Shown one piece after another: positions 12,908-25,306 of a DNA stretch of 64,000 nt; within the stretch, counting starts at the first letter, position 1, and each line of letters begins with the position of its first letter. The notes under the pieces are model-generated. The model was not told the origin of the DNA, did not search any database, and saw only the letters and a program-made list of their open reading frames with translations. This DNA is from Podospora anserina (taxonomy: Eukaryota). The position numbers and the translations under genes are program-made. The DNA is taken from contig CM030332.1 in NCBI GenBank assembly GCA_017654855.1, positions 4,092,001 to 4,156,000 of the forward strand. Reading direction: 5' to 3'.

Positions 12908-15138
12908 ATGCCGGCTGGCTTCAAGTACTATCAGCCAGACCCCGCCAATACCGACGCTTTGTCAACGATACCGCCGTTCAAAATGGCGGCATCGTGTTCG
13001 ACCCAGGGTGCTGGTAGCCAGATGAGACAACAGGGTGCGGGGTATCTGCCGATTGAGAATTATGGCTTGATTGGAAACATGAGGACATGCGCCCTCGTGG
13101 GCATGGATGGCAGTGTTGATTACATGTGTTGGTTGGTTTGTCTGAATTCGAGATCAAAACATCTGGCTAATTGATATATACAGGCCCGAGTTTGACTCTC
13201 CTTCTGTCTTCTGCCGCCTCTTGGATAAGGATAAGGGGGGTTACTTCAGCATCCATCCAGCTTCCCATCTCAATTGCACCACCAAACAGCAGTACTTGCC
13301 TTCTTCCAACATCCTCCAGACCAGATACATTCACGAAGATGGTGTCGTGGACCTGGTGGACTTCTTCCCTCGACCCAAGAGCTCAAAGGTCATCTTCAAG
13401 GGGCCCAAACAATCGGCCTATCGAGAGATGACCAGCGTTCAAGAAGAGCTCAAGAAATGGCTCGTCCGACGTGTAGAGTGTATCCGCGGCCACCTCGAGC
13501 TCGACGTCGAGCTCTTCCCGGCCTTTGAGTACGCCACCGAACCACACGAGACCACCATCGTCCAAGAAACCAACGTCGCCCACGGTTCAACAAGCAAAAC
13601 CGTCACCTTCCACAGCAAAAACGTCAAGCTCCAACTCGACGTCACCATCGACCGGGGTGAAGACAACGACGACAAGTACCCCAGCGTCAAGTTCAAAAAA
13701 GTCATGAAAGAAGGCATGCTCGGCGAAGGCGTGGTAGCCAGCATCCACATCCACCCAGGCCAGGCCGTCTCCTTCGTTTTGAGGAACGACCTCCCCAACC
13801 ACGTAACAGAGGTCATCTCCCCCGCCGTCCTCGACACCCAGCAACACGACACACAATCTTATTGGTACAACTGGATCTCCCAATCCAAATACAAAGGCCG
13901 CTGGCGCGAAGTCGTCTCCCGCTCCCTCATGATCCTGAAGCTCATGACCTACGAACCCACCGGCGCCATCATCGCCGCCCCCACCTTCTCCATCCCCGAA
14001 GACATCGGCGGCGTCCGCAACTGGGACTACAGGTTCTGCTGGGTCAGGGACGCATCCTTCACAATCTACATCCTCCTCCGCCTCGGCTTCACAGAAGAAG
14101 CAGACGCCTACATGGACTTTATCAACGAGCGCTTCCTCCAATCCCGCGTCTCCGACGGTGGACTTCCCATCATGTTCACCATCCGAGGCGAGACTGACAT
14201 CCCCGAGCGGGAACTTTCCCATCTAGACGGGTACAAAGGCTCCAAACCGGTGCGCGTCGGCAACGGCGCGGCGTTTCATCAACAATTCGACATTTACGGC
14301 GAACTGATGGACGCCATCTACCTCTACAACAAATACGGCAAACCCATCCACTACGACGCCTGGGTGACGGTCCGTCAGCTCTTGGATTACGTCCTGACGA
14401 TCCTCGACCAGCCAGACATGTCCATCTGGGAAGTCCGCAACAACAAGCAAAACTTCACTTACTCCAAAATCATGCTCTGGGTCGCCTTTGACCGGGGTCT
14501 GCGGCTTGCCGAGAAGAGGAATTTCCCTTGTCCTAATAGGTGGAAGTGGCTGGAGGCAAAGGATAAACTCTATGAGGAAATCATGGAACGGGGCTACAAC
14601 AAGGAGATGAAGTGTTTCGTCCAGAGTTATGAGAACAACACAATGCTGGATAGTAGTATACTTATCGCCCCGTTGGTGTTTTTTATTGCGCCGAATGATC
14701 CGAGGTTTTTGAATACTTTGGACAGGATTATGTTGCCGCCGGAGAAGGGGGGGTTGACGAGTACTGGGTTGGTGTATAGGTATGATACGGAATTATCCGA
14801 GGATGGTAAGCTCCCCCTTTGCTGATTTCTTGACAAACAGACCACAAGCTGACACAACTGCTGAAATAGGTGTGGGAGGGAGAGAAGGCGCGTTTAGCAT
14901 GTGCACGTTCTGGCTGGTGGAAGCCATGACGCGAGCGTCGGTGTATGAGCCAAAGTATCTGGTCAGGGCGATCAACCTGTTTGAGAACATGCTCAGCTTC
15001 TCGAACCATCTGATGATGTTCAGTGAAGAAATCAGCAGGAGTGGTGAGCAGTTGGGGAACACACCGCAAGCGTTCTCCCATCTGGCGCTGATCAGTGCGG
15101 CGTTTAATTTGGATAGGGTGTCGGAGTTTAAGCGCTGA
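12908..15138 (+). CDS. Glycoside hydrolase family 15 protein (trehalase/glucoamylase-like, no signal peptide), 3 exons
   Basis: [27 protein letters not shown] (across intron ~13132-13183), [47 protein letters not shown]. Second intron ~14806-14869. Confidence 0.93.
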
Positions 15139-15932
15139 ACGGTGAGGTAGTAGATACTTATGAGGAAATGATGATATGTAAAGTTCTTGGTTTATATGTT
15201 TCCGTCTGCATACCTCGATTGGTAGCCATTCACCCTCCCCACAAAAGCGAAAGTGACACTAGCCTATATTATATGGTGAACCACGCCTCAAAGGTGGACG
15301 AATAGGCCTTTTAACTATCTGTAAAGACCTATCAACTATCTTAGAAAGCTTCACAATTATCCTTCGAGGTATGTCTCACAATATAATATGGGTTGATCTA
15401 CTTTCGCTGTGCCAAATATTTGTGGTGAGGGCGCCATTATACATCAATATTACAACACGCTACTTCTGTCGCTATTTTCAGTCCTATCCCTTCCTCAAAA
15501 TTAAACTGGCCCATTCAATCAGTGTATCTGCTCCAGCTTCTATTCGTGCTACCTCCAGAACCCCTCCTTTGCTCAAAGTGAAATAGCACCCCCGAGTACC
15601 TAGATATCCTCTTGTCTTCCGTAAATCACCCCCCAAAAAAAAAAAAAAAAAAAACGCCACTCGCTATGCCTGTATTTTCCCTGCCTGGCCCAGCAACTCA
15701 AAAATGGTATCTAAACAAACGCGCCGGTACCCATGCTTCTTCTCCTCTTGCTCAATTTGCAGGCCTGAAATCAAACTTCCACCGACCCCAACACGAAAAA
15801 GCTCCCATCAGACGAGCAAAATGTCTCACCATCATTCTCTGCCCCCGCCTCCTCCGCTCCACCCTCTCCCTCAGTACTCACACTCTCCCTTCCCAGCGTT
15901 GGAGGACTAGAGACAGATTCCTCCCCAGTCTC

Positions 15933-16845
15933 CTAAGCCCCCAAGTCATCCATCTCAACCCCATTTTCCACACCACCCATGCCAATCCCAATGTCCAGAT
16001 CCATATCCACGTCCTCATCCGCAAGCGAACTAAGCCCCGAACTGCCCGGACGTGAATCTTCCCCGTCGCCATTTACGAGGTTATGGTTCTCCAACGGTGG
16101 TGGTGTCGGTCTCTCGGCTGCCTTTTTTCGTATCTCCTCCCACTCTCTGATGCTTGTCGGGCCTCCTCCCTCAATAGCTACCTCTCCTTGCTCGATTGGT
16201 CGGCCTAGAAGTGTGCCAAGAAATTTGGTGTCGTCCGCTCCTTTGCTGTGTTTCTTTATGAGGGCTATGCATGAGTTAGCAAGATAGATCTGTAATAAAA
16301 AGGAGGCCAGGGCGGAACAAACCGTCAAGATAATCCTTCGCCTCATCATTTCCATCAAGCGCTATCCTCTGAATCTCCTTGTTGATTGGCCCCATCGCCC
16401 AGGCAATAAATGCCTCCACTCCTCTCATGTCCTCGATTCCGAGGTAGTCTTGCTCCTGTTGGGACTTCTCCGGTAATAAAGCACCGACTTCTTGAAGCGC
16501 CATCCGCACGTCTACTACTGATGGTGTGGCGACTGAAGGGCTGGTTACGCCTGGTGGTGGGACATAGTCGGAGTAGGGGTTAAGAAATGGGCCGTCTGGC
16601 GCGATGAATGTGCCGTTATTGAGCTCAAAGAGGATTTCGTCCTCGTCTGTGAAGCCATCTAGAGCGTGGCTGTTGAGGGTGGCGTGCTTGGCCGTGAGGA
16701 AGCATAGTCGGTCGAGGTAGGCAGCTGCTAGTTGCGTGACAAAATCCAATACTGAAGGCTTCATTGCGTGGTAACCGGTTGCGCGAAGGATCTGAAGGAC
16801 TGCTGGCCTCAGGAGGGCCTGGAAGTAAGCCGGCGTTGGCGCCAT
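15933..16845 (-). CDS. Bromodomain-associated histone-fold protein (TAF3-like), 2 exons
   Basis: LLRPAVLQILRATGYHAMKPSVLD...DVRMALQEVG resembles the Bromo_TP histone fold; intron ~16322-16266 joins DYLD to ALIKKHSK. Confidence 0.75.
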
Positions 16846-18073
16846 TCTGAGAGTGCTTGGGATGAGGTTGATGAAATGGGTGATGATTTTCGAATGGTGG
16901 TTCGAATTGTGAGCGATGGATGAATACAAATCGCACGCAATTCCCGATTTCTGAGTTTGAGTTGACAAAAGTGCCGAGTCGATGAGTTAGGTCAAACAGC
17001 TCGACTCCCACGATGTGGGTTGGCGTGTTCGACTTGGGGGGTCGCAACCAGAACAGCTCCAGTCAACAGCTCTCTGCCATCACCGTCGACCTCCTATCCG
17101 ATGATCTCCCCCGTCTGAGCTTGCGCTGCAATTTGACCCCAGCTGGCGCACTCCCTTCCCAACTTCCGCTCTCCTCGTCTCAGCGCCAGGAACCTTCGGT
17201 GTAGAACGTGATGCCGTAGCTGAATCCTGTGAGTGTATCGATCTTTAAACACGCAATTCTGATATGTAATATGATAACAGAGTCGTGGGAGGTACCAATT
17301 GCGCGCTGATGAAGATTGTTGATGCTGATTTGGAGTCGGTGATGTGAGTGAGTGGGAGTCGTGAACTTTCAGGTGAACCGTGCCAGGCGTGTCTGCAAGG
17401 GAGCTCACTTGCGGTGGTGGGGCGCCAGGGTCCACACCTTCGGTGAGAGTGGGGTGGCTCTAGCGTTCCCGTTATTTGCACCCTCACCCCCTCCATGGAC
17501 ATCATTTTCTACTGCACAGTAAGCTCATGATGAAGAATTGCTGTTCTGCAGCAGGTACTATGAGCATGATATTCTACGAGGAGGGAGGCAACATATGTGT
17601 ATTATTGCTCCGCCGTGTACCTACAAAACCCAACGTGACACAGTCTCAGGCCAAGAGTCTATACCAAAGCAGCCTCGAACTGACTGCTGACTTTTCCCCG
17701 GAAACTTCACTTCTAGTCACTATGTAACGAAGCCAGGTAATTCGGACCCAGCTGAATGGTGGATATAGTCGTGCTAGGTAGGTATCTCGGGAAGTATGCA
17801 GCTGAATTTCTGCGAGCAACGGACAGCTGTAACCACCAGTCAGCTCGCTGTAGACACCAACATACGAGACTCGGCTCTATCATGTGAGGTCTCAGGATAG
17901 CTTGACTGAAGCCCAAACACCCATACCCATAGTACTCATTCCTGAGGTAATATGCTCCCCAAATCGTTGTATACATACAATACATCATATTATACACAAA
18001 GGCGCGGACCCCCCATTCGCCCAACACCTCACCACCCCCCAACCCCAAAGCCAAAGTGACCCTACATCACCCT

Positions 18074-18780
18074 TTACATGGTCTTGAGGTAGTTGCTCTC
18101 CTTGATGTTGGCACGTCTCTCCTTGCGCATGGCCTTGCGCAGTTCCTGTCTCTTGTCGGCCGCCTCCAACACCTCCTTGAGCTCGCCGGTCGGGGCGGCG
18201 GGAAGGTTGATGGTCTGCTTCTGGATTGGGATCTTTGGTGCGAGGGCCTCGAGGTCACCGGATGCCATGAGTTTCGCCTCGAGTTGTCGCTGTCTCTTCG
18301 CCGCTAATCTACGTTGCTTCTTGGATTTGGCTGTGAAAAGGATTGTTGTTAGCATACGAATACTCCCCTGACCGCACACACACAAGAAGAATGAAACATA
18401 CAATAAGCATCTCCAGCATCCGCATCAGCATCATCGCTGCGCTTCTGTCCTACTTCCACGCACTTCCAGAGCCACTCGGGGTACTGATCATCGGGGAGCG
18501 CCACAGGATCGGTTTTGCCCTTGAGGTAGTTGAGGCCGTTGAGAACGGTGCCAGCAGGGCATGACGAGAGACCGGCGGCATTGTCTGCTGTTGGCTCGGT
18601 GTTTAAGGGAGTGAGTTCGGGAGCCTCGGCGGCAGCGGCGGCATTGCGCGCGCGGAGGGTGGTGCTGAAGAAGGCTTGTGGTATCCTCGGTGTCGTCCTC
18701 GTCACTGTTTGGGATGTGATTGCTGTGAACTGCCTGGAGGTCAGGCCAGACGCCTGCCGGAGACACCTTCGGCAGATCAT
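18074..18780 (-). CDS. MRPL37: Mitochondrial ribosomal protein mL54 (L37), 2 exons
   Basis: Arg/Thr-rich presequence; SSCPAGTVLNGLNYLKGKTDPVALPDDQYPEWLW; C-terminal RKERRANIKESNYL. Confidence 0.9.
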
Positions 18781-19272
18781 GATTTTTGAAGAATGTGTCG
18801 GCGAACGGGGGACTGCTGTGGTTGGTGGTGGAATGGGGGAGGGGCACTTCTTGAAGGCCGCGGGTGGTTTGCGGAGGAGCCAAGCTAAAAATTTCTAGGG
18901 AGGCCGAGATGCACAATTGCGCCGTTTGGTAATTGGATGGATGTCATGTCCAGCTCACGACAAGCGCAACATCTACATTTTAAAATCAACTATTGCGCAT
19001 GGGCATAAAACATGTAATTGACACTTAAACATATTCACGGTGATTTTAACAGGTCTCCATTGTCTGTATTTACAATATCGAGTCCCCGGCGCAGCGACTC
19101 AATGGCCAAGGTAAACAGCTGCCATGCTTGCTCTGCCGTCATGGCTGCTTGTTCCTGCCGAGTCCACCCATCCACCACCACAGCTACCCGGCCGTCCACT
19201 TTATAATGCCGTCTATTCACTCCCCAAAGCTCACATTCACTGTCTTCAAAATCCATGTCGGTCCGCAACCCC

Positions 19273-19713
19273 TCATTCCTTGGGAATAATGTTTTGCTGC
19301 TCAAAGAGGTAACCCTTGGCCCGGGAGTCCTTGAGAAGCTCGAGATACCGCTCTGCACCATATCATTAGTATATATTCCAATGACAAACACCAAAAATTC
19401 CGCATAGTTTCTGGCCAGAATCCCCAATCACATAGCGTCGATCCTGTCCTTCTGATGCCCTGCCATCTTCCCCAGACCAAAACTAACCTCTGAGACGACC
19501 GCACTTCTCCAAGTGGTTGACACCCTCCCGGTAGTAACATTTGCTCAGCTCCTCCCGCACTAGCCGACCCATCATGACCTGAACCCATTGCTCCCGGATA
19601 ATGGCATCTTGAGCGGCCTTGAGGCGCTTGGTGTCCTCGAAATCGACGCCATCGAAGGAGGCGGGGACCTTGGGCTTCTTGGCCAGGAAGGCCTCGGACT
19701 CGGGGGTAGGCAT
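19273..19713 (-). CDS. nuo-12.3: NADH:ubiquinone oxidoreductase 12 kDa accessory subunit (NDUFB10 type), 2 exons
   Basis: MPTPES...IREQWVQVMMGRLVREELSKCYYREGVNHLEKCGRLR spliced to ERYLELLKDSRAKGYLFEQQNIIPKE*; CYxxEGVNHxxxC signature. Confidence 0.9.
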
Positions 19714-20227
19714 GATGCTGGAGGAAAGGCCTGCGAATTGGTGATATTCGGGGCCTGACTATCGGTTTGTTGCGGCGGGTGGACAGCAGGGTTCGGTGCA
19801 GCAGTCCAGCGACGGAGATGCTTCACTTCGAGAGCGGGATGCCGAACTCACAACGCCATTGCCAGCTGCCCACCTACCGCAGGTGGTCCGAGCTCCCAAG
19901 CTTGCTGTGCGCTCTGCCATATTCTGCCTGATTTTACAGGCGGCAAATTGGACGCAATACTGCCAAGGCCAATTCCGTGCACAAAACCCATTACAGCCAA
20001 CTAGCGTGCTTCACCGCCCGCGTTGCCCCGCTAAAAAGTGCAAGATAAGAGTTTTTTCTGCTTATCGAGCCTCGCGAGCGCAAGCTTTGCGACTGCCCTC
20101 TTATAAATTTCTTCCCTCCTTCCCCCAACCTCCCACCAAACTTTTTCTATCTGCATCCTCTCACCTTCGCCCATCTCAGGAAAAGCATCTTTCAGCCTTT
20201 TCCACTTCAATCTTCATCACATTTACA

Positions 20228-21731
20228 ATGGGCAAGACCAAGGAAGCCAAGGGCAGCAAGGCCACCAAGGCCGCTGCTAAGCCCGCCGCCTCTCCCGTCG
20301 TCAAGAAGGTCGAGAAGGCCGTCAAGTCCGCCAAGGAGGTCGCTAAGAAGGCCATCGGGTCCAAGGAGAAGGCCACCGACAAGAAGTCCAAGAAGAAGGT
20401 CGAGTCCGAGTCTGAGTCCAGCGAGTCTGAGTCCGACTCCGAGTCTGAGGCCAGCTCCTCCAGCTCCGAGGAGGAGTCCGACTCTGATGAGGAGATGGTC
20501 GATGCTCCCGTCACCAACGGCAAGGCTAAGGCCGCCGCCGCCAAGGAGAGCTCCGACTCTTCCGACTCTGACTCTTCCGACTCCGACTCCGAGTCTGAGG
20601 AGGAGGAGAAGCCCAAGGCTGCCGTGAACGGCAAGGCCGCCAAGGCTGAGAAGAAGGCCGAGTCCGGCTCTGACTCCGTAAGTCACCACTACCTGACCAT
20701 CATGGCTGTCCATGCATCATGCTAACCGATTCTTGACAGTCTGAGGAGGATTCCGACGACTCCGGCTCTGACTCTGACTCTTCTGAGGAGGAGGAGTCTT
20801 CCGAGGAGGCTTCTTCCGAGTCTACCGAGGAGAAGGCTGAGCCCTCCAAGAAGAGAAAGGCTGAGGAGGAGGCTGAGGAGCCCGAGGCCAAGAAGAACAA
20901 GGCTGTTGAGGACAGCGAGGAGAAGAGCGCCACCCTCTGGTGCGGCAACCTCGGCTGGGGCATTGATGACAACATCCTCTACGAGGAGTTCAAGGACTTC
21001 GAGGGTCTCACCGGTGCCCGTGTCGTCTCCGACAAGGAGAGCGGCCGGTCCCGTGGCTTCGGCTACATCGACTTCGACACCCACGAGAATGCCGAGAAGG
21101 CTTTCAACGCCAAGAACGGCGGCGATCTTCAGGGCCGTGAGATGCGTCTTGACTTTGCTGCCAAGCCCGCTGCCGCTCCCCAGGACCGCGCTGCCGCCCG
21201 TGCCAGCAAGCATGGTGATGTCGTCAGCCCCCCCAGCGACACCCTTTTCGTCGGCAACCTCCCCTTCAGCGCCGATGAGGATGGCGTCTCTGCCTTCTTC
21301 AACGAGGTCGCCAAGGTTCAGAGCCTCCGCATCCCCACTGACATGTAAGTTGCTACCTGCCTCACTCCTTTCTCTCTGTGTTCATGCATGCTGACAACAT
21401 CTACAGGGAGAGTGGCCGTCCCAAGGGCTTCGCCTATGTCTCTTTCTACTCCATCGATGATGCCAAGAACGCTTTCGAGCAGCTCAACGGCGCTGACATC
21501 GACGGCAGACCAGTTCGTCTTGACTTCGCCAAGCCCCGTGACAACAACGGTGGCGGCGGTGGTGGTCGCGGTGGTGGCCGTGGCGGTTTCGGCGGCCGTG
21601 GTGGCGGTCGTGGCGGCGGCCGTGGCAGCTTCGGTGGTGGACGTGGTGGTGGTCGTGGTGGTGGCCGCGGCGGCTTCGGTGGCGGTCGCGGTGGTGGCAG
21701 CGGCTTCCAGGGCAAGAAGGTCACCTTCTAG
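20228..21731 (+). CDS. NSR1: Nucleolin-like nucleolar protein Nsr1/Gar2, 3 exons
   Basis: Lys-rich and Ser/acidic N-terminus, two RRMs (TLWCGNL...SRGFGYIDF; TLFVGNL...PKGFAYVSF), RGG tail ending FQGKKVTF. Introns ~20678-20739 and 21345-21406; strong codon bias. Confidence 0.95.
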
Positions 21732-23397
21732 GCGAAGAAGACCGATGGTGATGAAACCAAACGTGGAGGCCATGGGGCCCGTGGCTAGAAGATCGTCTTC
21801 TGAACAGAGGTTGGGGAGGGAATGTGAACATGCTGTCCTGGGAATGGGACACAAGAGAGTCGAGGTGGAAAGCGATGCGCCGCACACAAAGTGGGATCGG
21901 TTCGAGGGCTCTACCTAAGACATACTCGAGGGCTTGTTGGTTGTCGGCTTTTGAGAACTTAAACTCCAATCCTTTGGAGTCGTGGGCTTGAGGTTGCGAC
22001 TGTACCTGAGGGCTTTGATCGTTGAACACTGGCTGGTTTGCTCTTGACAGCTTCTTGCATCGGCTGCCGCGATGCTAGCTGGTTCTGCCAGACCTTGGCA
22101 ATCAGCTTGATCACAGATGGGTTTCCCAGGCACTCTGTCGGCTCGTGGGTTTTTGTGGGCTCTGCTGGCTTCGGCCATTGCTTGCGCGCGCGGTTTCCTA
22201 TGAGGGTTCTGGGGTTCAAGGGTTCATTCTGGGGGCATCACAAAAGTTTTGTTCGGTTATAATATCCACGGCGTTTTGCTTTTTTTTCCTTTTATTTACT
22301 TGGTACGCCAGTAAGTATGTCAACCCTTATGGTTCCGACTTCCAGCGAAGTCATCTCGATACCCAGTCAGCAGGAGCATAATGAGTACATACGTAATCCA
22401 TAGCGCGGGCGATGATTGTGTCTTGCGTGGTTTTCGGCGTTGTTTCTCACTGACCAGCAGCATTCAGCGACATGTTTCTACTAAAAGGTCAGTCTTTTCT
22501 CTTTTCTGCGTCTTCGCCCTCACATGATGATAAAAGGGATTCCTATGCCATTCGGCTGTGAGGTATTGATACAGCTACGGCTGTAACAATTGTTCCTTCT
22601 GACATTATCTCTTCGCCCTTCTTTTGAGCTGTTGCTAGTTGGATTCAATGATGCTAACAGCTTGCAGTGTACAGGAATTAGCCGATCGTAAGAGATATCT
22701 TTTAGACCTAGCTCGTAATAGAAAAGAAACATTGTTTACTTCAGCATCTGTCCGTGTCAGTTTCTTTTCCAGCCATGTGTTGCCCATGTCAATGCTTCCG
22801 TGACCGTTGCTAAAGAATCCATTTGTCCATTGGTCTATCCAATGGACAAGCACAGCCGCCAAGGCCGCTGTTGAGCGCCTTCCTGATGCAAAGTCCACCG
22901 CCGGTTCGCCATCAGCAAAGTTGAAACCACCCAAATGATCAGGTTGATCCCGTGATCGGTTCATCTCAACCGTCGTCAAGCTCTCGGATGTTGTTGACTT
23001 CGGCTCCGATAAGCCACCATCCGTCGCTATCAACGCCATGCAAAGCTTTCCATTGGCCAATCACCAGCCAGCTACCCCACCATGACGCCGGCAGTGGCAG
23101 ATAGGCTTGGGGTAAAGCCGAGACAAAGCGGTCCGACAGGATGGCGTCCCTTTATTCAACCATGGAGCTTGTGGGCGAGACCGGGAGATGATGGAATGAG
23201 GGGAGAGCTTGTTACCGCAGTATAATTTGGCGGATGGGAGCTGCAGGAAAACGTCAGGACTTTTGCTGTTGTGGCAGATTAAAAAGAGACGGTGTTTGTC
23301 TCTTGCGCCGATTCAAACCGGTGGTTGGCATCCTTTATTATTCATCTTTTTGATCGGAACCAACGAAGGAGAGCTAGTTTTGGATTGATAAAAGACA

Positions 23398-25306
23398 ATG
23401 GCGTCACGGCAGCTGAGAAGGTTTTCGCTTTCTTCTTCTGGTATTACTACTCGGGCTGCTTTTTCTGGGGTGAAACCTAGGTTGTTGTTGTTGTCAGCTA
23501 CTGCACCGAGATTGTTGTCTACGAGTTCGACGAGGATGTCGACGATTGCGAGTTTCAAGATCCCCAAGGTGGCTAATGAGCCTAATGTATGTTTGTCACT
23601 GGTGGTCTGGAATGATGGGAGATAGCTAACAGGCATAGCACCACTACGCCAAAGGCTCAGCACAGAGAGATGGTCTCGCAGCAGCAGTGGAAGCCCTCCA
23701 GAAGAAGGGCCCGTTGCAGGTACCTCTTGTGATTGGAGGGAAAGAGGTATGTACTACCCCATCCTCCTTTTCCTCCACTTACCAATATCTAACACCCCCC
23801 TACCAGATCACCACCGAGTCCACCGCAACCCAATACTCCCCCTCCTCCCACACCACCCCAGTAGCGACCTACTCCCTCGCCTCCCCAACCAACATCCGCA
23901 CCGCCATCTCCTCCGCCCTCGCCGCGCAAGAGTCATGGTCCTCCCTCCCCTTCGCCGACAGAGCAGCCATCTTCCTCAAGGCAGCAGATCTCATCTCGAC
24001 TAAATACCGCTACCCCCTCATGGCAGCAACGATGCTAGGCCAAGGGAAAAACGCGTGGCAGGCCGAGATCGACGCCGCGGCGGAGCTGGTGGATTTCTTG
24101 AGGTTTAACGTCCAGTATGCCGAGGAGCTGTACGCCCAGCAACCGGGACATAACAGTCCGGGGGTGTGGAATAGAGTGGAATACCGCCCGCTGGAGGGGT
24201 TCGTCTACGCGGTGAGCCCGTTTAATTTCACGGCCATTGCGGGGAATTTACCGGGTCTGCCGGCGCTGTTGGGGAATGTGGTTGTTTGGAAGCCGAGTGA
24301 CTACGCAATTGCGAGTAACTGGTTGCTTTATAATATTTTGGTGGAGGCTGGGTTGCCTAGGGAGGTGATTCAGCTTGTGCCTGGGGATCCGGAGGAGGTG
24401 ACGAGAGAGGTGCTGTCGCATAGAAAGTTTGCGGCATTGCATTACACGGGCAGCACGGCGGTGTTTAGGAAGCTGTATGGGGAGATTGGAAAGGGGGTTG
24501 CGGAGGGGAGGTATCAGAGTTATCCCAGGATTGTGGGGGAGACGGGGGGAAAGAACTTTCACTTGGTGCACAGCTCGGCGGATTTGGAGAATGCGGTTGT
24601 GCAGACTGTTAGGGGGGCGTTTGAGTACCAGGGGCAGAAGTGTAGTGCTACCAGTCGGTTGTATGTGCCCAAGTCGAGGTGGGAGGAGTTTAGGGGGAGG
24701 TTGGTGGAGGAGACGGAGAGGTTGACGGTTGGGAACCCGTGGGAGCATGAGAGTTTTGTTGGGCCGGTTATTCATGAGGGGAGTTTTAAGAAGTTGGCGA
24801 GGACGATTGATGAGGCGAATGGGGATGAGGAGTTGGAGTTGCTTACGGGGGGGACGTATGATGGGTCGAAGGGGTGGTTTGTTAAACCTACTATTTACTT
24901 GGCCAAGAAGCCGGATCATAAGCTGTTTTCTACGGAGCTGTTTGGGCCCGTGTTGACGGTTTATGTCTATGATGACACGACTGATCCGGTTGGGGCGTTT
25001 GGGAAGGTGTGCGAGGTTGTGGATGGGGCGACGGATTATGGGTTGACGGGGTCGGTATTTGCGGCTGACAGGGCGGCGGTGAGGTTTGCGGAGGAGAAGT
25101 TGAGGAATGCGGCGGGTAACTTTTATATCAACTGCAAGAGCACGGGAGCAGTGGTGGGACAGCAGCCGTTTGGAGGGAGCAGGGCGAGCGGCACCAACGA
25201 CAAGGCAGGGAGTATCGCCATTTTGGGGAGGTTTGTGAGCATGAGGAGTATCAAGGAGGAGTTTAACGCCACGACAAAGGTGGCATATCCGAGCAATGAG
25301 GTGTGA
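23398..25306 (+). CDS. PUT2: Mitochondrial delta-1-pyrroline-5-carboxylate dehydrogenase, 3 exons
   Basis: Presequence; GQGKNAWQAEIDAAAEL, SPFNFTAI, GETGGKNFH, AFEYQGQKCSA, GQQPFGGSRASGTNDKAG. Introns ~23587-23638 and 23747-23806. Confidence 0.96.

Noticed and set aside
5413-16845. TAF7 and a TAF3-like gene within about 10 kb as a functional cluster
   Set aside because: Separated by three unrelated genes; chance proximity is sufficient.
21729-21788. Stop-codon readthrough extension of nucleolin (AKKTDGDETKRGGHGARG)
   Set aside because: TAG-GCG is not a known leaky context and the extension has no PTS1-like end.
20176-21887. Multiple antisense and alternate-frame ORFs over NSR1
   Set aside because: Explained by low-complexity Ser/Glu and RGG coding sequence.
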